Below, in pieces: positions 12,138 through 24,160 of a stretch of DNA of 64,000 nt (the stretch's first letter is position 1; every line of letters begins with the position of its first letter). Below the pieces are notes generated by a model. The model did no database searches. It had not been told where the DNA came from and saw only the letters and a program-made list of their open reading frames with translations. Source of the DNA: Escherichia coli (GTDB lineage Bacteria; Pseudomonadota; Gammaproteobacteria; Enterobacterales; Enterobacteriaceae). The position numbers and the translations under genes were made by a program. Where the stretch lies: the NCBI RefSeq assembly GCF_024502345.1, contig NZ_JALDNN010000001.1, one strand, 5' to 3'.

Positions 12138-12872
12138 GTGGGTAATAATTTAATGCAGACGGACCTTTCCGTCTGGGGTATGTATCAGCACGCCGATATT
12201 GTCGTTAAGTGCGTGATGATTGGGCTTATTTTGGCCTCCGTAGTCACCTGGGCAATCTTCTTCAGTAAGAGCGTAGAGTTCTTCAATCAGAAGCGTCGCC
12301 TTAAGCGCGAGCAGCAACTGCTGGCTGAAGCGCGTTCCTTAAACCAGGCCAACGATATCGCCGCTGATTTTGGTAGCAAAAGCTTAAGCCTGCATTTGCT
12401 CAATGAAGCGCAGAATGAGCTGGAACTGTCAGAAGGCAGCGACGATAACGAAGGTATTAAAGAACGTACCAGCTTCCGTCTGGAGCGTCGGGTCGCCGCA
12501 GTGGGTCGTCAAATGGGCCGCGGTAACGGCTATCTGGCAACCATCGGCGCGATTTCTCCGTTCGTTGGTCTGTTTGGTACGGTCTGGGGCATCATGAACA
12601 GCTTTATTGGTATCGCGCAAACGCAGACCACTAACCTGGCAGTCGTTGCGCCGGGTATCGCAGAAGCTCTGTTAGCAACGGCAATCGGCCTCGTGGCAGC
12701 GATTCCTGCGGTCGTTATCTATAACGTATTTGCACGCCAGATTGGCGGCTTTAAAGCGATGCTGGGTGATGTTGCAGCGCAGGTATTGTTGCTGCAAAGC
12801 CGTGACCTGGATCTGGAAGCCAGCGCCGCTGCGCATCCGGTTCGTGTCGCACAAAAATTACGCGCAGGATAA
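12138..12872 (+). CDS. exbB: TonB-system energizer ExbB (GTG start)
   Basis: 244-aa ORF MGNNLMQTDLSVWGMYQHADIVVKC. Confidence 0.95.
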   Translation: MGNNLMQTDLSVWGMYQHADIVVKCVMIGLILASVVTWAIFFSKSVEFFNQKRRLKREQQLLAEARSLNQANDIAADFGSKSLSLHLLNEAQNELELSEGSDDNEGIKERTSFRLERRVAAVGRQMGRGNGYLATIGAISPFVGLFGTVWGIMNSFIGIAQTQTTNLAVVAPGIAEALLATAIGLVAAIPAVVIYNVFARQIGGFKAMLGDVAAQVLLLQSRDLDLEASAAAHPVRVAQKLRAG

Positions 12873-12878
12873 TATCCG

Positions 12879-13304
12879 ATGGCAATGCATCTTAACGAAA
12901 ACCTCGACGATAACGGCGAAATGCATGATATCAACGTGACGCCGTTTATCGACGTGATGTTGGTTCTGCTGATTATCTTTATGGTGGCGGCACCGTTAGC
13001 GACGGTAGATGTGAAGGTGAACTTGCCTGCTTCTACCAGCACGCCGCAGCCGCGCCCGGAAAAACCGGTTTATCTGTCGGTGAAGGCAGACAACTCGATG
13101 TTTATCGGTAACGATCCGGTCACCGATGAAACAATGATTACGGCGTTGAATGCGTTAACCGAAGGCAAGAAAGACACCACCATCTTCTTCCGAGCGGATA
13201 AAACCGTCGATTACGAGACGTTGATGAAGGTAATGGATACGCTGCATCAGGCGGGTTACCTGAAGATAGGTCTGGTCGGCGAAGAAACCGCCAAAGCGAA
13301 GTAA
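12879..13304 (+). CDS. exbD: TonB-system energizer ExbD
   Basis: 141-aa ORF directly downstream of exbB. Confidence 0.95.
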   Translation: MAMHLNENLDDNGEMHDINVTPFIDVMLVLLIIFMVAAPLATVDVKVNLPASTSTPQPRPEKPVYLSVKADNSMFIGNDPVTDETMITALNALTEGKKDTTIFFRADKTVDYETLMKVMDTLHQAGYLKIGLVGEETAKAK

Positions 13305-13313
13305 AGTAGAATT

Positions 13314-13510
13314 GCCTGATGCGCTACGCTCATCAGGCCTACAAAATCTATTGCAACATGTTGAATCTTCGTGCGTTTGTAGGCCGGATAAGGCGTTCAC
13401 GACGCATCCGGCATTAGGTGCTCAATGCCTGATGCGCTACGCTTATCAGGCCTACAAAATCTATTGCAACATGTTGAATCTTCATGCGTTTGTAGGCGGA
13501 TAAGGCGTTT
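13314..13510. repeat. REP/BIME-type extragenic palindromic repeats: two ~83-bp direct copies (GCCTGATGCGCTACGCT...GGATAAGGCGTT) 113 bp apart
   Basis: Direct repeat read in sequence; internal palindromes typical of REP. Confidence 0.7.
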
Positions 13511-13543
13511 TCGCCACATCAGGTAAGAGTGAATTCACAATGA

Positions 13544-13578
13544 TGCCCGGTTGCTTTTCACAACCGGGCATTTTTTTA
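13544..13578. terminator. Intrinsic terminator (stem GCCCGGTTG...CAACCGGGC then T7) shared by exbD and convergent yghA
   Basis: Hairpin plus T-run read directly. Confidence 0.6.
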
Positions 13579-14460
13579 ACCTAAATGCTCGCCGCCGCAC
13601 ACGCCGTGCACTTCTGCGGTGACGTAGCTCGACTCCTGACTTGCCAGATAAACATATACAGGGGCCAGTTCCGCCGGTTGCCCCGCACGCTTCATCGGCG
13701 TTTTCTGACCAAACTGCGGGATCTTATCCTGCGTTTGTCCGCCGGAAATTTGCAGTGCCGTCCAGATAGGGCCTGGCGCGACAATATTCACCCGAATACC
13801 TTTCTCCGCGACCTGTTTTGCCAGGCCACGGCTGTAGTTCAGAATCGCCGCCTTCGTAGCCGCATAGTCCAGTAAATGCGGACTTGGCTGGTATGCCTGG
13901 ATTGACGAAGTGGTGATGATACTTGCACCTTTCGGTAGCAGGGGGATCGCTTCCTGGGTTAGCCAGAACAGCGCGAAAACGTTAATGGCAAAGGTCTTTT
14001 GAAACTGTTCGCTGGTGAGGTCTGCAATATCCGGAATGGCAACCTGTTTCCCGGCGACCAGCGCCATAATATCCAGCCCGCCTAACGCCTTGTGCGCTTC
14101 GTGAACCAGCGAACGGGCGAATTTCTCATCGCTTAAATCGCCTGGCAGCAGAACGGCTTTGCGTCCGCATTCTTCAATGATCTTTTTCACATCCTGAGCG
14201 TCTTCTTCTTCCACGGGAAGATAACTGATCGCCACGTCAGCCCCTTCACGCGCGTAAGCGATGGCGGCAGCGCGACCTATTCCGGAATCGCCCCCTGTCA
14301 CCAGTGCTTTACGATCTTTCAGGCGACCGCTACCAACATAGGTTTTCTCGCCGCAATCCGGTACCGGTGTCATCTTCGCCTGGATGCCTGGCGTCGGTTG
14401 TTTCTGTTTGGGATATTCACCAGTGTAATACTGCGTGGTCGGGTCTTTTAAATGAGACAT
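13576..14460 (-). CDS. yghA: SDR-family NAD(P)-dependent oxidoreductase YghA
   Basis: 294-aa ORF with [12 protein letters not shown] Rossmann motif. Confidence 0.85.
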   Translation of the reverse strand: MSHLKDPTTQYYTGEYPKQKQPTPGIQAKMTPVPDCGEKTYVGSGRLKDRKALVTGGDSGIGRAAAIAYAREGADVAISYLPVEEEDAQDVKKIIEECGRKAVLLPGDLSDEKFARSLVHEAHKALGGLDIMALVAGKQVAIPDIADLTSEQFQKTFAINVFALFWLTQEAIPLLPKGASIITTSSIQAYQPSPHLLDYAATKAAILNYSRGLAKQVAEKGIRVNIVAPGPIWTALQISGGQTQDKIPQFGQKTPMKRAGQPAELAPVYVYLASQESSYVTAEVHGVCGGEHLG

Positions 14461-14581
14461 CGTTTTTCTCCCTTCAGGTTCAACGTCCTTTAAGGGTAGA
14501 CGCTCTCGATGCGTTGATAAGGGAACCAGGAAGATCCCTAAACCTCAGAATTATGCGACAAAGGTTTAACGTATATGTTGA

Positions 14582-15145
<564 letters not shown>

Positions 15146-15153
15146 TCTGATTC

Positions 15154-15178
15154 GGGCGCGGTTCGCGCGCCCGTTATT
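15154..15178. terminator. GC-rich hairpin (GGGCGCG-GTTC-GCGCGCCC) between convergent yqhA and gpr
   Basis: Perfect inverted repeat read directly. Confidence 0.5.
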
Positions 15179-15184
15179 AACAGG

Positions 15185-16225
15185 TCATTTATCGGACGAC
15201 GCCTGCCACAGATTCAGCTCGCCATCGGCGATATGCTGATCAATCTGCGCCAGCTCCTCGGTGCTAAATGTCAGATTATTCAGCGCCTGCACGTTCTCCT
15301 CTAGTTGCTCCGCGCGGCTGGCACCAATCAATACCGACGTCACGCGATCATCTTTCAACAACCAGCTTAACGCCATTTGCGCCATTGATTGTCCACGCTG
15401 CTGTGCCATTTCATTCAATAAGCGCAGGCTGTTGAGGTTGGCTTCGGTAAGCATTTTCGGTGTCAGACCACGAACTTTATTCCCTTCACGATGCATCCGT
15501 GAATCTTGCGGAATGCCGTTGAGATATTTTCCGGTCAGCAATCCCTGAGCCAGAGGAGTAAAGGCAATACAGCCCACGCCGTTATTTTGCAGGGTATCCA
15601 GCAGGCCGCTTTTATCCACCCAGCGGTTCAGTAAATTGTACGAAGGTTGATGAATTAACAGCGGAATTTTCCACTCGTGCAGCAACTCGACCATTTTTTG
15701 CGTCCGCTCTGGCGAGTAAGAGGAGATCCCGACATACAGCGCCTTACCGCTTTGTACCGCATGAGCCAGCGCAGAGGCGGTTTCTTCCATCGGCGTATTT
15801 TCATCGACGCGATGAGAGTAAAAGATATCGACATACTCAAGCCCCATACGCTTCAGGCTTTGGTCGAGGCTGGCGAGCAGGTATTTACGTGAACCGCCAG
15901 AGCCGTAAGGGCCGGGCCACATATCGTAGCCAGCCTTGGTAGAGATAATCAGTTCATCGCGATAAGCGGCAAAATCCTCCCGCAGCAGGCGACCAAAGTT
16001 CTCTTCTGCGCTTCCTGGAGGCGGCCCGTAATTGTTGGCTAAATCAAAGTGCGTAATGCCTAAATCAAACGCTTTACGCAGGATCGCACGCTGTGATTCC
16101 AGCGCGTTAACGTGACCGAAATTGTGCCATAAACCGAGCGATAACGCGGGCAGGCGTAAACCGCTTTTTCCGCAATAGCGGTACTGCATCTGCCCGTAAC
16201 GCTCGGGATTCGCTAACCAGACCAT
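15185..16225 (-). CDS. gpr: L-glyceraldehyde 3-phosphate reductase (aldo-keto reductase YghZ)
   Basis: 346-aa AKR ORF MVWLANPERYGQMQYRYCGKSGLRLPALSLGLW. Confidence 0.9.
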   Translation of the reverse strand: MVWLANPERYGQMQYRYCGKSGLRLPALSLGLWHNFGHVNALESQRAILRKAFDLGITHFDLANNYGPPPGSAEENFGRLLREDFAAYRDELIISTKAGYDMWPGPYGSGGSRKYLLASLDQSLKRMGLEYVDIFYSHRVDENTPMEETASALAHAVQSGKALYVGISSYSPERTQKMVELLHEWKIPLLIHQPSYNLLNRWVDKSGLLDTLQNNGVGCIAFTPLAQGLLTGKYLNGIPQDSRMHREGNKVRGLTPKMLTEANLNSLRLLNEMAQQRGQSMAQMALSWLLKDDRVTSVLIGASRAEQLEENVQALNNLTFSTEELAQIDQHIADGELNLWQASSDK

Positions 16226-16381
16226 GACCTCTCCTTTCCACCGTTCAATTTCGAAACAATGTTTCTAGTTTAGCGATTCGCCAGCGCGTATCCCGTAGTC
16301 TGGCTCACAGAGTGACGAAAAACTGGGCAAAAACACGTGCTTATGCTTTGCTTAAAAAAACACCAACTGAGGAGTGCAACG

Positions 16382-17269
16382 ATGCCGCGTTTAACCGCCA
16401 AAGATTTCCCACAAGAGTTGCTGGATTACTACGACTATTACGCTCACGGGAAAATCTCGAAACGTGAGTTCCTCAACCTTGCGGCGAAGTATGCGGTAGG
16501 CGGGATGACGGCATTAGCGTTGTTTGATTTGCTCAAGCCAAATTATGCGCTGGCGACTCAGGTAGAGTTTACCGACCCGGAGATTTTTGCTGAGTACATC
16601 ACGTATCCTTCGCCAAATGGTCACGGCGAGGTACGGGGTTATCTGGTGAAACCCGCAAAAATGAGCGGCAAAACGCCAGCCGTGGTGGTGGTGCATGAGA
16701 ATCGTGGACTGAATCCGTATATCGAAGATGTGGCACGGCGAGTGGCGAAGGCGGGGTATATCGCCCTGGCACCTGACGGCTTAAGTTCCGTTGGAGGTTA
16801 TCCGGGAAATGATGATAAAGGTCGTGAGCTGCAACAGCAGGTTGATCCAACCAAACTGATGAATGATTTCTTTGCCGCAATTGAGTTTATGCAACGCTAT
16901 CCGCAAGCGACAGGCAAAGTGGGTATTACCGGATTTTGCTATGGCGGTGGCGTATCGAACGCGGCGGCTGTCGCGTATCCGGAACTGGCCTGCGCGGTGC
17001 CGTTTTATGGTCGTCAGGCACCCACTGCCGATGTGGCGAAGATTGAAGCGCCTTTACTACTCCACTTCGCGGAACTGGACACCCGAATCAACGAGGGCTG
17101 GCCTGCTTACGAGGCGGCGTTGAAAGCCAATAATAAGGTTTATGAGGCGTATATCTATCCGGGGGTTAATCACGGATTCCATAATGATTCCACGCCCCGT
17201 TATGACAAATCTGCCGCCGATCTTGCCTGGCAAAGGACACTGAAATGGTTCGATAAATATCTCTCCTGA
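16382..17269 (+). CDS. yghX: Dienelactone hydrolase-family protein YghX, apparently intact here
   Basis: Continuous ORF with GAGGAG RBS before ATG at 16382; alpha/beta hydrolase features (GFCYGG). Confidence 0.7.
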   Translation: MPRLTAKDFPQELLDYYDYYAHGKISKREFLNLAAKYAVGGMTALALFDLLKPNYALATQVEFTDPEIFAEYITYPSPNGHGEVRGYLVKPAKMSGKTPAVVVVHENRGLNPYIEDVARRVAKAGYIALAPDGLSSVGGYPGNDDKGRELQQQVDPTKLMNDFFAAIEFMQRYPQATGKVGITGFCYGGGVSNAAAVAYPELACAVPFYGRQAPTADVAKIEAPLLLHFAELDTRINEGWPAYEAALKANNKVYEAYIYPGVNHGFHNDSTPRYDKSAADLAWQRTLKWFDKYLS

Positions 17270-17387
17270 TAGGTTTATCTCTTACGGGATTACGTCTTAA
17301 ACAAGCATGAAAAAATAGCGTGCGCAAAAGTCGTTCTTTGCCTAAAATATCGCTATATATGACGATATATAGCGAATGAGGTGAACG

Positions 17388-17675
17388 ATGAATAACCATT
17401 TTGGTAAAGGTTTAATGGCGGGATTAAAAGCAACGCATGCCGACAGTGCGGTTAATGTGACAAAATTCTGTGCCGATTATAAACGCGGTTTTGTATTAGG
17501 CTACTCACACCGGATGTACGAAAAGACCGGAGATCGCCAGCTTAGCGCCTGGGAAGCGGGTATTCTGACGCGCCGCTATGGACTGGATAAAGAGATGGTA
17601 ATGGATTTCTTTCGTGAGAATAATTCCTGTTCTACGTTGCGCTTTTTTATGGCCGGTTATCGCCTCGAAAATTGA
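17388..17675 (+). CDS. yghW: DUF2623 protein YghW
   Basis: 95-aa ORF upstream of hyb operon; synteny. Confidence 0.75.
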
Positions 17676-17863
17676 TCAAACATACGTATTATCTTGCTTT
17701 AATTAATTACACTAATGCTTCTTCCCTTCGTTTTAGCGCCCCGCCGCAGTATCATGATATCGATAACCATAATAAATGTGTGGTAAATGGCGCATCGATC
17801 GCATTATTGATTTTGCGATTGAGGCAAAATATATGCCAGGTCTTCGCAACGGAATAACTATAA

Positions 17864-18982
17864 ATGACTGGAGATAACACCCTCATCCATTCTCACGGCA
17901 TTAACCGTCGTGATTTCATGAAGCTTTGTGCAGCATTAGCCGCCACCATGGGGTTAAGTAGCAAAGCCGCTGCAGAGATGGCCGAATCGGTTACTAACCC
18001 GCAGCGTCCGCCAGTTATCTGGATTGGCGCGCAGGAGTGCACCGGTTGTACGGAATCTCTGCTTCGTGCAACGCATCCAACGGTAGAAAACCTCGTACTG
18101 GAGACTATCTCTCTGGAGTATCACGAAGTACTTTCCGCCGCCTTCGGTCATCAGGTCGAAGAGAACAAACATAACGCTCTCGAGAAGTACAAAGGGCAGT
18201 ATGTGTTAGTGGTGGATGGTTCCATCCCATTAAAAGATAACGGTATTTATTGCATGGTTGCCGGTGAGCCGATTGTGGATCACATCCGCAAAGCGGCGGA
18301 AGGCGCAGCAGCCATTATCGCTATCGGTTCCTGCTCTGCGTGGGGCGGTGTTGCCGCAGCTGGAGTTAACCCAACTGGCGCCGTCAGCCTGCAAGAAGTT
18401 CTGCCAGGCAAAACCGTTATCAACATTCCGGGCTGCCCGCCGAACCCGCACAACTTCCTCGCGACCGTTGCGCACATCATCACTTACGGCAAACCGCCGA
18501 AACTGGATGACAAAAACCGTCCGACCTTCGCCTATGGCCGTCTGATTCACGAACACTGCGAACGTCGCCCACACTTCGATGCGGGTCGTTTTGCCAAAGA
18601 GTTCGGTGATGAAGGCCACCGCGAAGGCTGGTGCCTGTACCACCTCGGCTGTAAAGGGCCAGAAACTTACGGCAACTGCTCAACGCTGCAATTCTGCGAT
18701 GTTGGCGGTGTGTGGCCGGTGGCCATTGGTCACCCGTGCTATGGCTGTAACGAAGAAGGTATCGGCTTCCATAAAGGCATCCATCAGCTTGCCAACGTCG
18801 AAAATCAGACTCCGCGTTCACAGAAACCGGATGTTAACGCTAAAGAGGGCGGCAACGTCTCTGCAGGCGCTATTGGTTTGCTCGGCGGTGTGGTTGGGCT
18901 GGTTGCCGGTGTCAGCGTGATGGCGGTGCGTGAACTGGGTCGTCAGCAAAAGAAAGATAACGCTGACTCACGGGGAGAATAA
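17864..18982 (+). CDS. hybO: Hydrogenase-2 small subunit (Tat signal RRDFMK)
   Basis: 372-aa ORF with twin-arginine signal and [NiFe]-hydrogenase small-subunit Cys motifs. Confidence 0.95.
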   Translation: MTGDNTLIHSHGINRRDFMKLCAALAATMGLSSKAAAEMAESVTNPQRPPVIWIGAQECTGCTESLLRATHPTVENLVLETISLEYHEVLSAAFGHQVEENKHNALEKYKGQYVLVVDGSIPLKDNGIYCMVAGEPIVDHIRKAAEGAAAIIAIGSCSAWGGVAAAGVNPTGAVSLQEVLPGKTVINIPGCPPNPHNFLATVAHIITYGKPPKLDDKNRPTFAYGRLIHEHCERRPHFDAGRFAKEFGDEGHREGWCLYHLGCKGPETYGNCSTLQFCDVGGVWPVAIGHPCYGCNEEGIGFHKGIHQLANVENQTPRSQKPDVNAKEGGNVSAGAIGLLGGVVGLVAGVSVMAVRELGRQQKKDNADSRGE

Positions 18983-18984
18983 CC

Positions 18985-19971
18985 GTGAACAGACGTAATT
19001 TTATTAAAGCAGCCTCCTGCGGGGCATTGCTGACGGGCGCGCTGCCGTCTGTCAGTCATGCGGCTGCTGAAAACCGCCCGCCAATTCCGGGATCGCTGGG
19101 GATGTTGTACGACTCGACCTTGTGCGTAGGCTGCCAGGCTTGCGTCACCAAGTGTCAGGATATCAACTTCCCTGAACGTAACCCGCAAGGGGAACAGACC
19201 TGGTCGAACAACGACAAACTGTCGCCGTATACCAATAACATCATTCAGGTGTGGACCAGCGGCACAGGGGTCAACAAAGACCAGGAGGAGAACGGCTACG
19301 CGTACATTAAGAAACAGTGTATGCACTGCGTCGATCCGAACTGTGTCTCTGTGTGCCCGGTTTCTGCACTGAAAAAAGATCCGAAAACCGGCATTGTCCA
19401 TTACGACAAAGACGTGTGCACCGGCTGCCGTTACTGCATGGTCGCCTGTCCGTACAACGTGCCGAAGTACGACTACAACAACCCGTTTGGTGCGCTGCAT
19501 AAGTGCGAGCTGTGCAACCAGAAAGGTGTGGAACGTCTCGATAAAGGCGGTCTGCCTGGCTGCGTAGAAGTGTGCCCGGCGGGCGCGGTGATTTTTGGTA
19601 CGCGTGAAGAGCTGATGGCGGAGGCGAAAAAACGTCTGGCGCTGAAGCCTGGCAGCGAATACCACTATCCGCGTCAGACGCTGAAATCTGGCGACACTTA
19701 CCTGCATACGGTGCCGAAATATTATCCGCATCTGTACGGCGAGAAAGAGGGCGGCGGTACTCAGGTTCTGGTACTGACGGGTGTGCCTTATGAAAATCTC
19801 GACCTGCCGAAACTGGACGATCTTTCTACCGGTGCGCGTTCCGAAAATATTCAACACACCCTGTATAAAGGCATGATGCTACCACTGGCTGTGCTGGCGG
19901 GCTTAACCGTGCTGGTTCGTCGCAACACCAAAAACGACCATCACGACGGAGGAGACGATCATGAGTCATGA
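18985..19971 (+). CDS. hybA: Hydrogenase-2 ferredoxin-type 4Fe-4S subunit (Tat signal RRNFIK)
   Basis: 328-aa ORF with multiple CxxCxxCxxxCP motifs. Confidence 0.95.
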
Positions 19972-21139
19972 TCCACAACCGCTGGGCGGCAAAATCATCA
20001 GTAAACCGGTCATGATTTTTGGACCGTTAATCGTCATCTGTATGCTCCTGATTGTGAAGCGTCTGGTGTTCGGTCTGGGCTCTGTCTCCGACCTGAACGG
20101 CGGCTTTCCGTGGGGCGTGTGGATCGCGTTTGACCTGCTGATCGGCACCGGCTTTGCCTGTGGCGGCTGGGCGCTGGCGTGGGCGGTATACGTCTTTAAC
20201 CGTGGGCAATACCATCCGCTGGTGCGTCCGGCGCTGTTGGCGAGTCTGTTTGGTTACTCACTGGGTGGTTTGTCGATCACTATCGATGTGGGTCGCTACT
20301 GGAACCTGCCGTACTTCTACATTCCGGGTCACTTCAACGTGAACTCGGTACTGTTCGAGACGGCGGTCTGTATGACCATCTATATCGGCGTGATGGCACT
20401 GGAGTTTGCTCCGGCACTGTTTGAACGTCTGGGCTGGAAGGTGTCGCTACAGCGTCTGAACAAGGTGATGTTCTTCATCATCGCGCTCGGTGCGCTGCTG
20501 CCGACCATGCACCAGTCTTCAATGGGGTCGCTGATGATCTCGGCGGGCTACAAGGTGCATCCGCTGTGGCAGAGCTATGAAATGTTGCCGCTGTTCTCGC
20601 TGCTGACGGCGTTCATCATGGGCTTCTCGATTGTCATCTTTGAAGGTTCACTGGTGCAGGCGGGTCTGCGTGGCAACGGTCCGGATGAAAAGAGCCTGTT
20701 CGTCAAGCTGACCAACACCATCAGTGTGTTGCTGGCGATTTTCATCGTGCTGCGCTTTGGCGAGCTTATCTATCGCGACAAGCTGTCGTTAGCGTTTGCC
20801 GGTGACTTCTACTCCGTGATGTTCTGGATTGAAGTCCTGCTGATGCTCTTCCCGCTGGTCGTTCTGCGTGTGGCGAAGCTGCGTAATGATTCCCGCATGC
20901 TGTTCCTGTCAGCACTGAGCGCACTGTTAGGTTGTGCAACCTGGCGTCTGACCTATTCGCTGGTGGCATTCAACCCGGGCGGCGGTTACGCCTACTTCCC
21001 GACCTGGGAAGAACTGTTGATTTCTATTGGTTTTGTGGCTATTGAGATTTGCGCTTACATCGTACTCATTCGTCTACTGCCGATACTTCCTCCTTTAAAA
21101 CAAAACGATCATAATCGTCATGAGGCGAGCAAAGCATGA
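19961..21139 (+). CDS. hybB: Hydrogenase-2 integral membrane subunit
   Basis: 392-aa polytopic ORF; overlaps hybA stop. Confidence 0.93.
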
Positions 21140-22839
21140 GCCAGAGAATTACTATTGATCCGGTAACCCGTATTGAGGGGCATTTACGCATCGATTGCGA
21201 AATCGAAAATGGCGTCGTTTCGAAAGCATGGGCTTCCGGTACCATGTGGCGCGGCATGGAAGAGATCGTGAAAAACCGCGATCCGCGCGATGCATGGATG
21301 ATTGTGCAACGTATCTGTGGCGTATGTACTACCACTCACGCGCTGTCTTCCGTTCGTGCGGCAGAAAGTGCGCTGAATATCGACGTTCCGGTTAACGCGC
21401 AATACATCCGTAACATCATTCTGGCTGCGCACACCACGCATGACCATATCGTTCATTTCTATCAGCTTTCGGCGCTGGACTGGGTGGACATCACTTCTGC
21501 ACTGCAAGCTGACCCAACCAAAGCCTCTGAAATGCTGAAAGGCGTTTCGACCTGGCATCTGAACAGTCCGGAAGAGTTCACCAAAGTTCAGAACAAGATT
21601 AAAGATCTGGTTGCCAGCGGTCAGTTGGGTATTTTCGCCAATGGCTACTGGGGTCACCCGGCGATGAAACTGCCGCCGGAAGTGAACCTGATTGCGGTAG
21701 CGCACTACCTGCAGGCGCTGGAGTGCCAGCGTGACGCTAACCGCGTCGTGGCGCTGCTGGGCGGTAAAACGCCGCACATTCAGAACCTGGCGGTAGGCGG
21801 GGTCGCTAACCCAATCAACCTCGACGGTTTGGGCGTGCTGAACCTTGAGCGCCTGATGTACATCAAGTCTTTCATCGACAAGCTGAGCGACTTTGTTGAA
21901 CAGGTTTATAAGGTTGATACCGCAGTTATCGCCGCGTTCTACCCGGAATGGCTGACGCGCGGTAAAGGTGCGGTGAACTACCTGAGCGTGCCGGAATTCC
22001 CGACCGACAGCAAAAACGGCAGCTTCCTGTTCCCGGGCGGCTACATTGAGAATGCGGATCTGTCCTCGTATCGTCCGATCACTTCTCATTCCGATGAATA
22101 CCTGATCAAAGGCATTCAGGAAAGCGCGAAGCACTCCTGGTATAAAGACGAAGCGCCGCAGGCACCGTGGGAAGGTACCACCATTCCGGCTTACGACGGT
22201 TGGTCTGACGACGGTAAATATTCCTGGGTGAAATCGCCGACTTTCTACGGCAAAACGGTAGAAGTGGGTCCGCTGGCTAATATGCTGGTGAAACTGGCGG
22301 CAGGTCGCGAATCTACCCAGAACAAACTGAATGAAATCGTTGCGATTTATCAGAAACTGACTGGCAACACGCTGGAAGTGGCACAGCTGCACTCCACGCT
22401 GGGCCGTATTATTGGTCGTACCGTTCACTGCTGTGAATTGCAGGATATCCTGCAAAACCAATACAGTGCACTTATCACCAATATCGGCAAAGGCGATCAC
22501 ACCACCTTTGTGAAGCCGAACATTCCGGCAACGGGTGAGTTCAAAGGTGTTGGCTTCCTCGAAGCGCCGCGCGGTATGCTCTCTCACTGGATGGTTATTA
22601 AAGACGGTATCATCAGCAACTACCAGGCGGTTGTTCCATCAACCTGGAACTCTGGTCCGCGTAACTTCAATGATGACGTCGGTCCTTACGAGCAGTCGCT
22701 GGTGGGTACACCGGTTGCCGATCCGAATAAACCGCTGGAAGTGGTGCGTACCATTCACTCCTTCGACCCGTGCATGGCCTGTGCGGTACACGTAGTGGAT
22801 GCTGACGGCAACGAAGTGGTTTCAGTGAAGGTTCTGTAA
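21136..22839 (+). CDS. hybC: Hydrogenase-2 large subunit
   Basis: 567-aa ORF with N-terminal RICGVCT and C-terminal DPCMACAVH Ni-binding motifs. Confidence 0.95.
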   Translation: MSQRITIDPVTRIEGHLRIDCEIENGVVSKAWASGTMWRGMEEIVKNRDPRDAWMIVQRICGVCTTTHALSSVRAAESALNIDVPVNAQYIRNIILAAHTTHDHIVHFYQLSALDWVDITSALQADPTKASEMLKGVSTWHLNSPEEFTKVQNKIKDLVASGQLGIFANGYWGHPAMKLPPEVNLIAVAHYLQALECQRDANRVVALLGGKTPHIQNLAVGGVANPINLDGLGVLNLERLMYIKSFIDKLSDFVEQVYKVDTAVIAAFYPEWLTRGKGAVNYLSVPEFPTDSKNGSFLFPGGYIENADLSSYRPITSHSDEYLIKGIQESAKHSWYKDEAPQAPWEGTTIPAYDGWSDDGKYSWVKSPTFYGKTVEVGPLANMLVKLAAGRESTQNKLNEIVAIYQKLTGNTLEVAQLHSTLGRIIGRTVHCCELQDILQNQYSALITNIGKGDHTTFVKPNIPATGEFKGVGFLEAPRGMLSHWMVIKDGIISNYQAVVPSTWNSGPRNFNDDVGPYEQSLVGTPVADPNKPLEVVRTIHSFDPCMACAVHVVDADGNEVVSVKVL

Positions 22840-23333
22840 TGCGTATTTTAGTCTTAGGGGTCGGCAATATTTTGCTGACCGATGAAGCCATCGGTGTGCG
22901 GATTGTCGAAGCGTTAGAGCAACGATACATTCTGCCGGATTATGTTGAGATCCTCGATGGCGGCACGGCGGGAATGGAGCTGCTTGGCGACATGGCAAAT
23001 CGCGATCATCTGATTATTGCGGATGCCATTGTGTCGAAGAAGAGCGCGCCGGGAACGATGATGATCCTGCGGGATGAAGAAGTTCCGGCGTTGTTTACCA
23101 ACAAAATCTCTCCGCATCAGCTTGGCCTGGCCGACGTCTTGTCGGCCCTGCGCTTCACCGGCGAGTTTCCGAAAAAGCTGACCCTGGTCGGCGTAATTCC
23201 GGAATCACTGGAGCCGCACATCGGCTTGACGCCGACGGTCGAAGCGATGATTGAACCTGCGCTTGAGCAGGTTCTGGCTGCGCTGCGTGAATCTGGCGTG
23301 GAAGCTATCCCACGGGAGGCGATTCATGACTGA
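22839..23333 (+). CDS. hybD: Hydrogenase-2 maturation endopeptidase
   Basis: 164-aa ORF, ATGA overlap with hybC stop. Confidence 0.93.
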   Translation: MRILVLGVGNILLTDEAIGVRIVEALEQRYILPDYVEILDGGTAGMELLGDMANRDHLIIADAIVSKKSAPGTMMILRDEEVPALFTNKISPHQLGLADVLSALRFTGEFPKKLTLVGVIPESLEPHIGLTPTVEAMIEPALEQVLAALRESGVEAIPREAIHD

Positions 23334-23814
23334 AGAGATAGCAGGTTTCCAGACCTCCCCGAAGGCGCAAGTACAGGCAGCGTTTGAAGAAATTGCCCGG
23401 CGTTCGATGCACGATCTCTCTTTTCTGCATCCTTCAATGCCGGTGTATGTTTCTGATTTTACGCTGTTCGAAGGTCAGTGGACGGGGTGTGTGATCACCC
23501 CGTGGATGCTGAGTGCAGTTATCTTCCCCGGCCCGGAGCAACTCTGGCCGCTGCGCAAAGTGAGTGAAAAAATCGGTCTGCAACTGCCGTATGGCACCAT
23601 GACCTTTACCGTTGGCGAACTGGACGGTGTTTCGCAATACCTCTCCTGTTCGCTGATGTCACCGCTTTCGCACAGTATGTCGATTGAAGAGGGCCAACGC
23701 CTGACGGATGACTGCGCACGAATGATCCTTTCGCTGCCGGTCACCAATCCGGATGTACCACACGCAGGGCGTCGCGCCCTGCTGTTTGGTCGCAGGAGTG
23801 GCGAAAATGCATGA
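23326..23814 (+). CDS. hybE: Hydrogenase-2 specific chaperone
   Basis: Start at MTEEIAGFQ gives 162 aa; overlaps hybD stop. Confidence 0.88.
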   Translation: MTEEIAGFQTSPKAQVQAAFEEIARRSMHDLSFLHPSMPVYVSDFTLFEGQWTGCVITPWMLSAVIFPGPEQLWPLRKVSEKIGLQLPYGTMTFTVGELDGVSQYLSCSLMSPLSHSMSIEEGQRLTDDCARMILSLPVTNPDVPHAGRRALLFGRRSGENA

Positions 23815-24148
23815 GTTGTCGCTTTGCCAGAGTGCCGTTGAAATTATCCAACGGCAGGCGGAGCAGCACGATGTTAAGCGCGTCACCGCCGTGTGGCTGG
23901 AAATTGGCGCGCTCTCCTGCGTTGAGGAGAGCGCCGTCCGTTTTAGTTTTGAAATTGTCTGCCACGGAACGGTGGCGCAAGGGTGCGATTTACATATCAT
24001 CTATAAACCCGCCCAGGCCTGGTGCTGGGATTGCAGCCAGGTGGTGGAGATTCATCAGCACGATGCGCAGTGTCCGCTCTGTCATGGCGAGCGGTTGCGT
24101 GTCGATACCGGCGATTCGCTGATCGTCAAAAGTATTGAAGTTGAATAA
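23807..24148 (+). CDS. hybF: Hydrogenase Ni-insertion protein (HypA paralog)
   Basis: Start at MHELSLCQ gives 113 aa; CxxC...CxxC zinc motifs. Confidence 0.88.
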   Translation: MHELSLCQSAVEIIQRQAEQHDVKRVTAVWLEIGALSCVEESAVRFSFEIVCHGTVAQGCDLHIIYKPAQAWCWDCSQVVEIHQHDAQCPLCHGERLRVDTGDSLIVKSIEVE

Positions 24149-24160
24149 CCGGAGTTAACA

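Noticed and set aside
13312-13503. 63-aa ORF between exbD and yghA
   Set aside because: Lies entirely within REP/BIME palindromic repeats; no start context
21184-22587. 467-aa ORF antisense to hybC (similarly 18943..19857 antisense to hybA and 26197..27309 antisense to gss)
   Set aside because: Overlaps conserved core genes on the opposite strand; no ribosome-binding site or recognisable domain; composition typical of antisense frames
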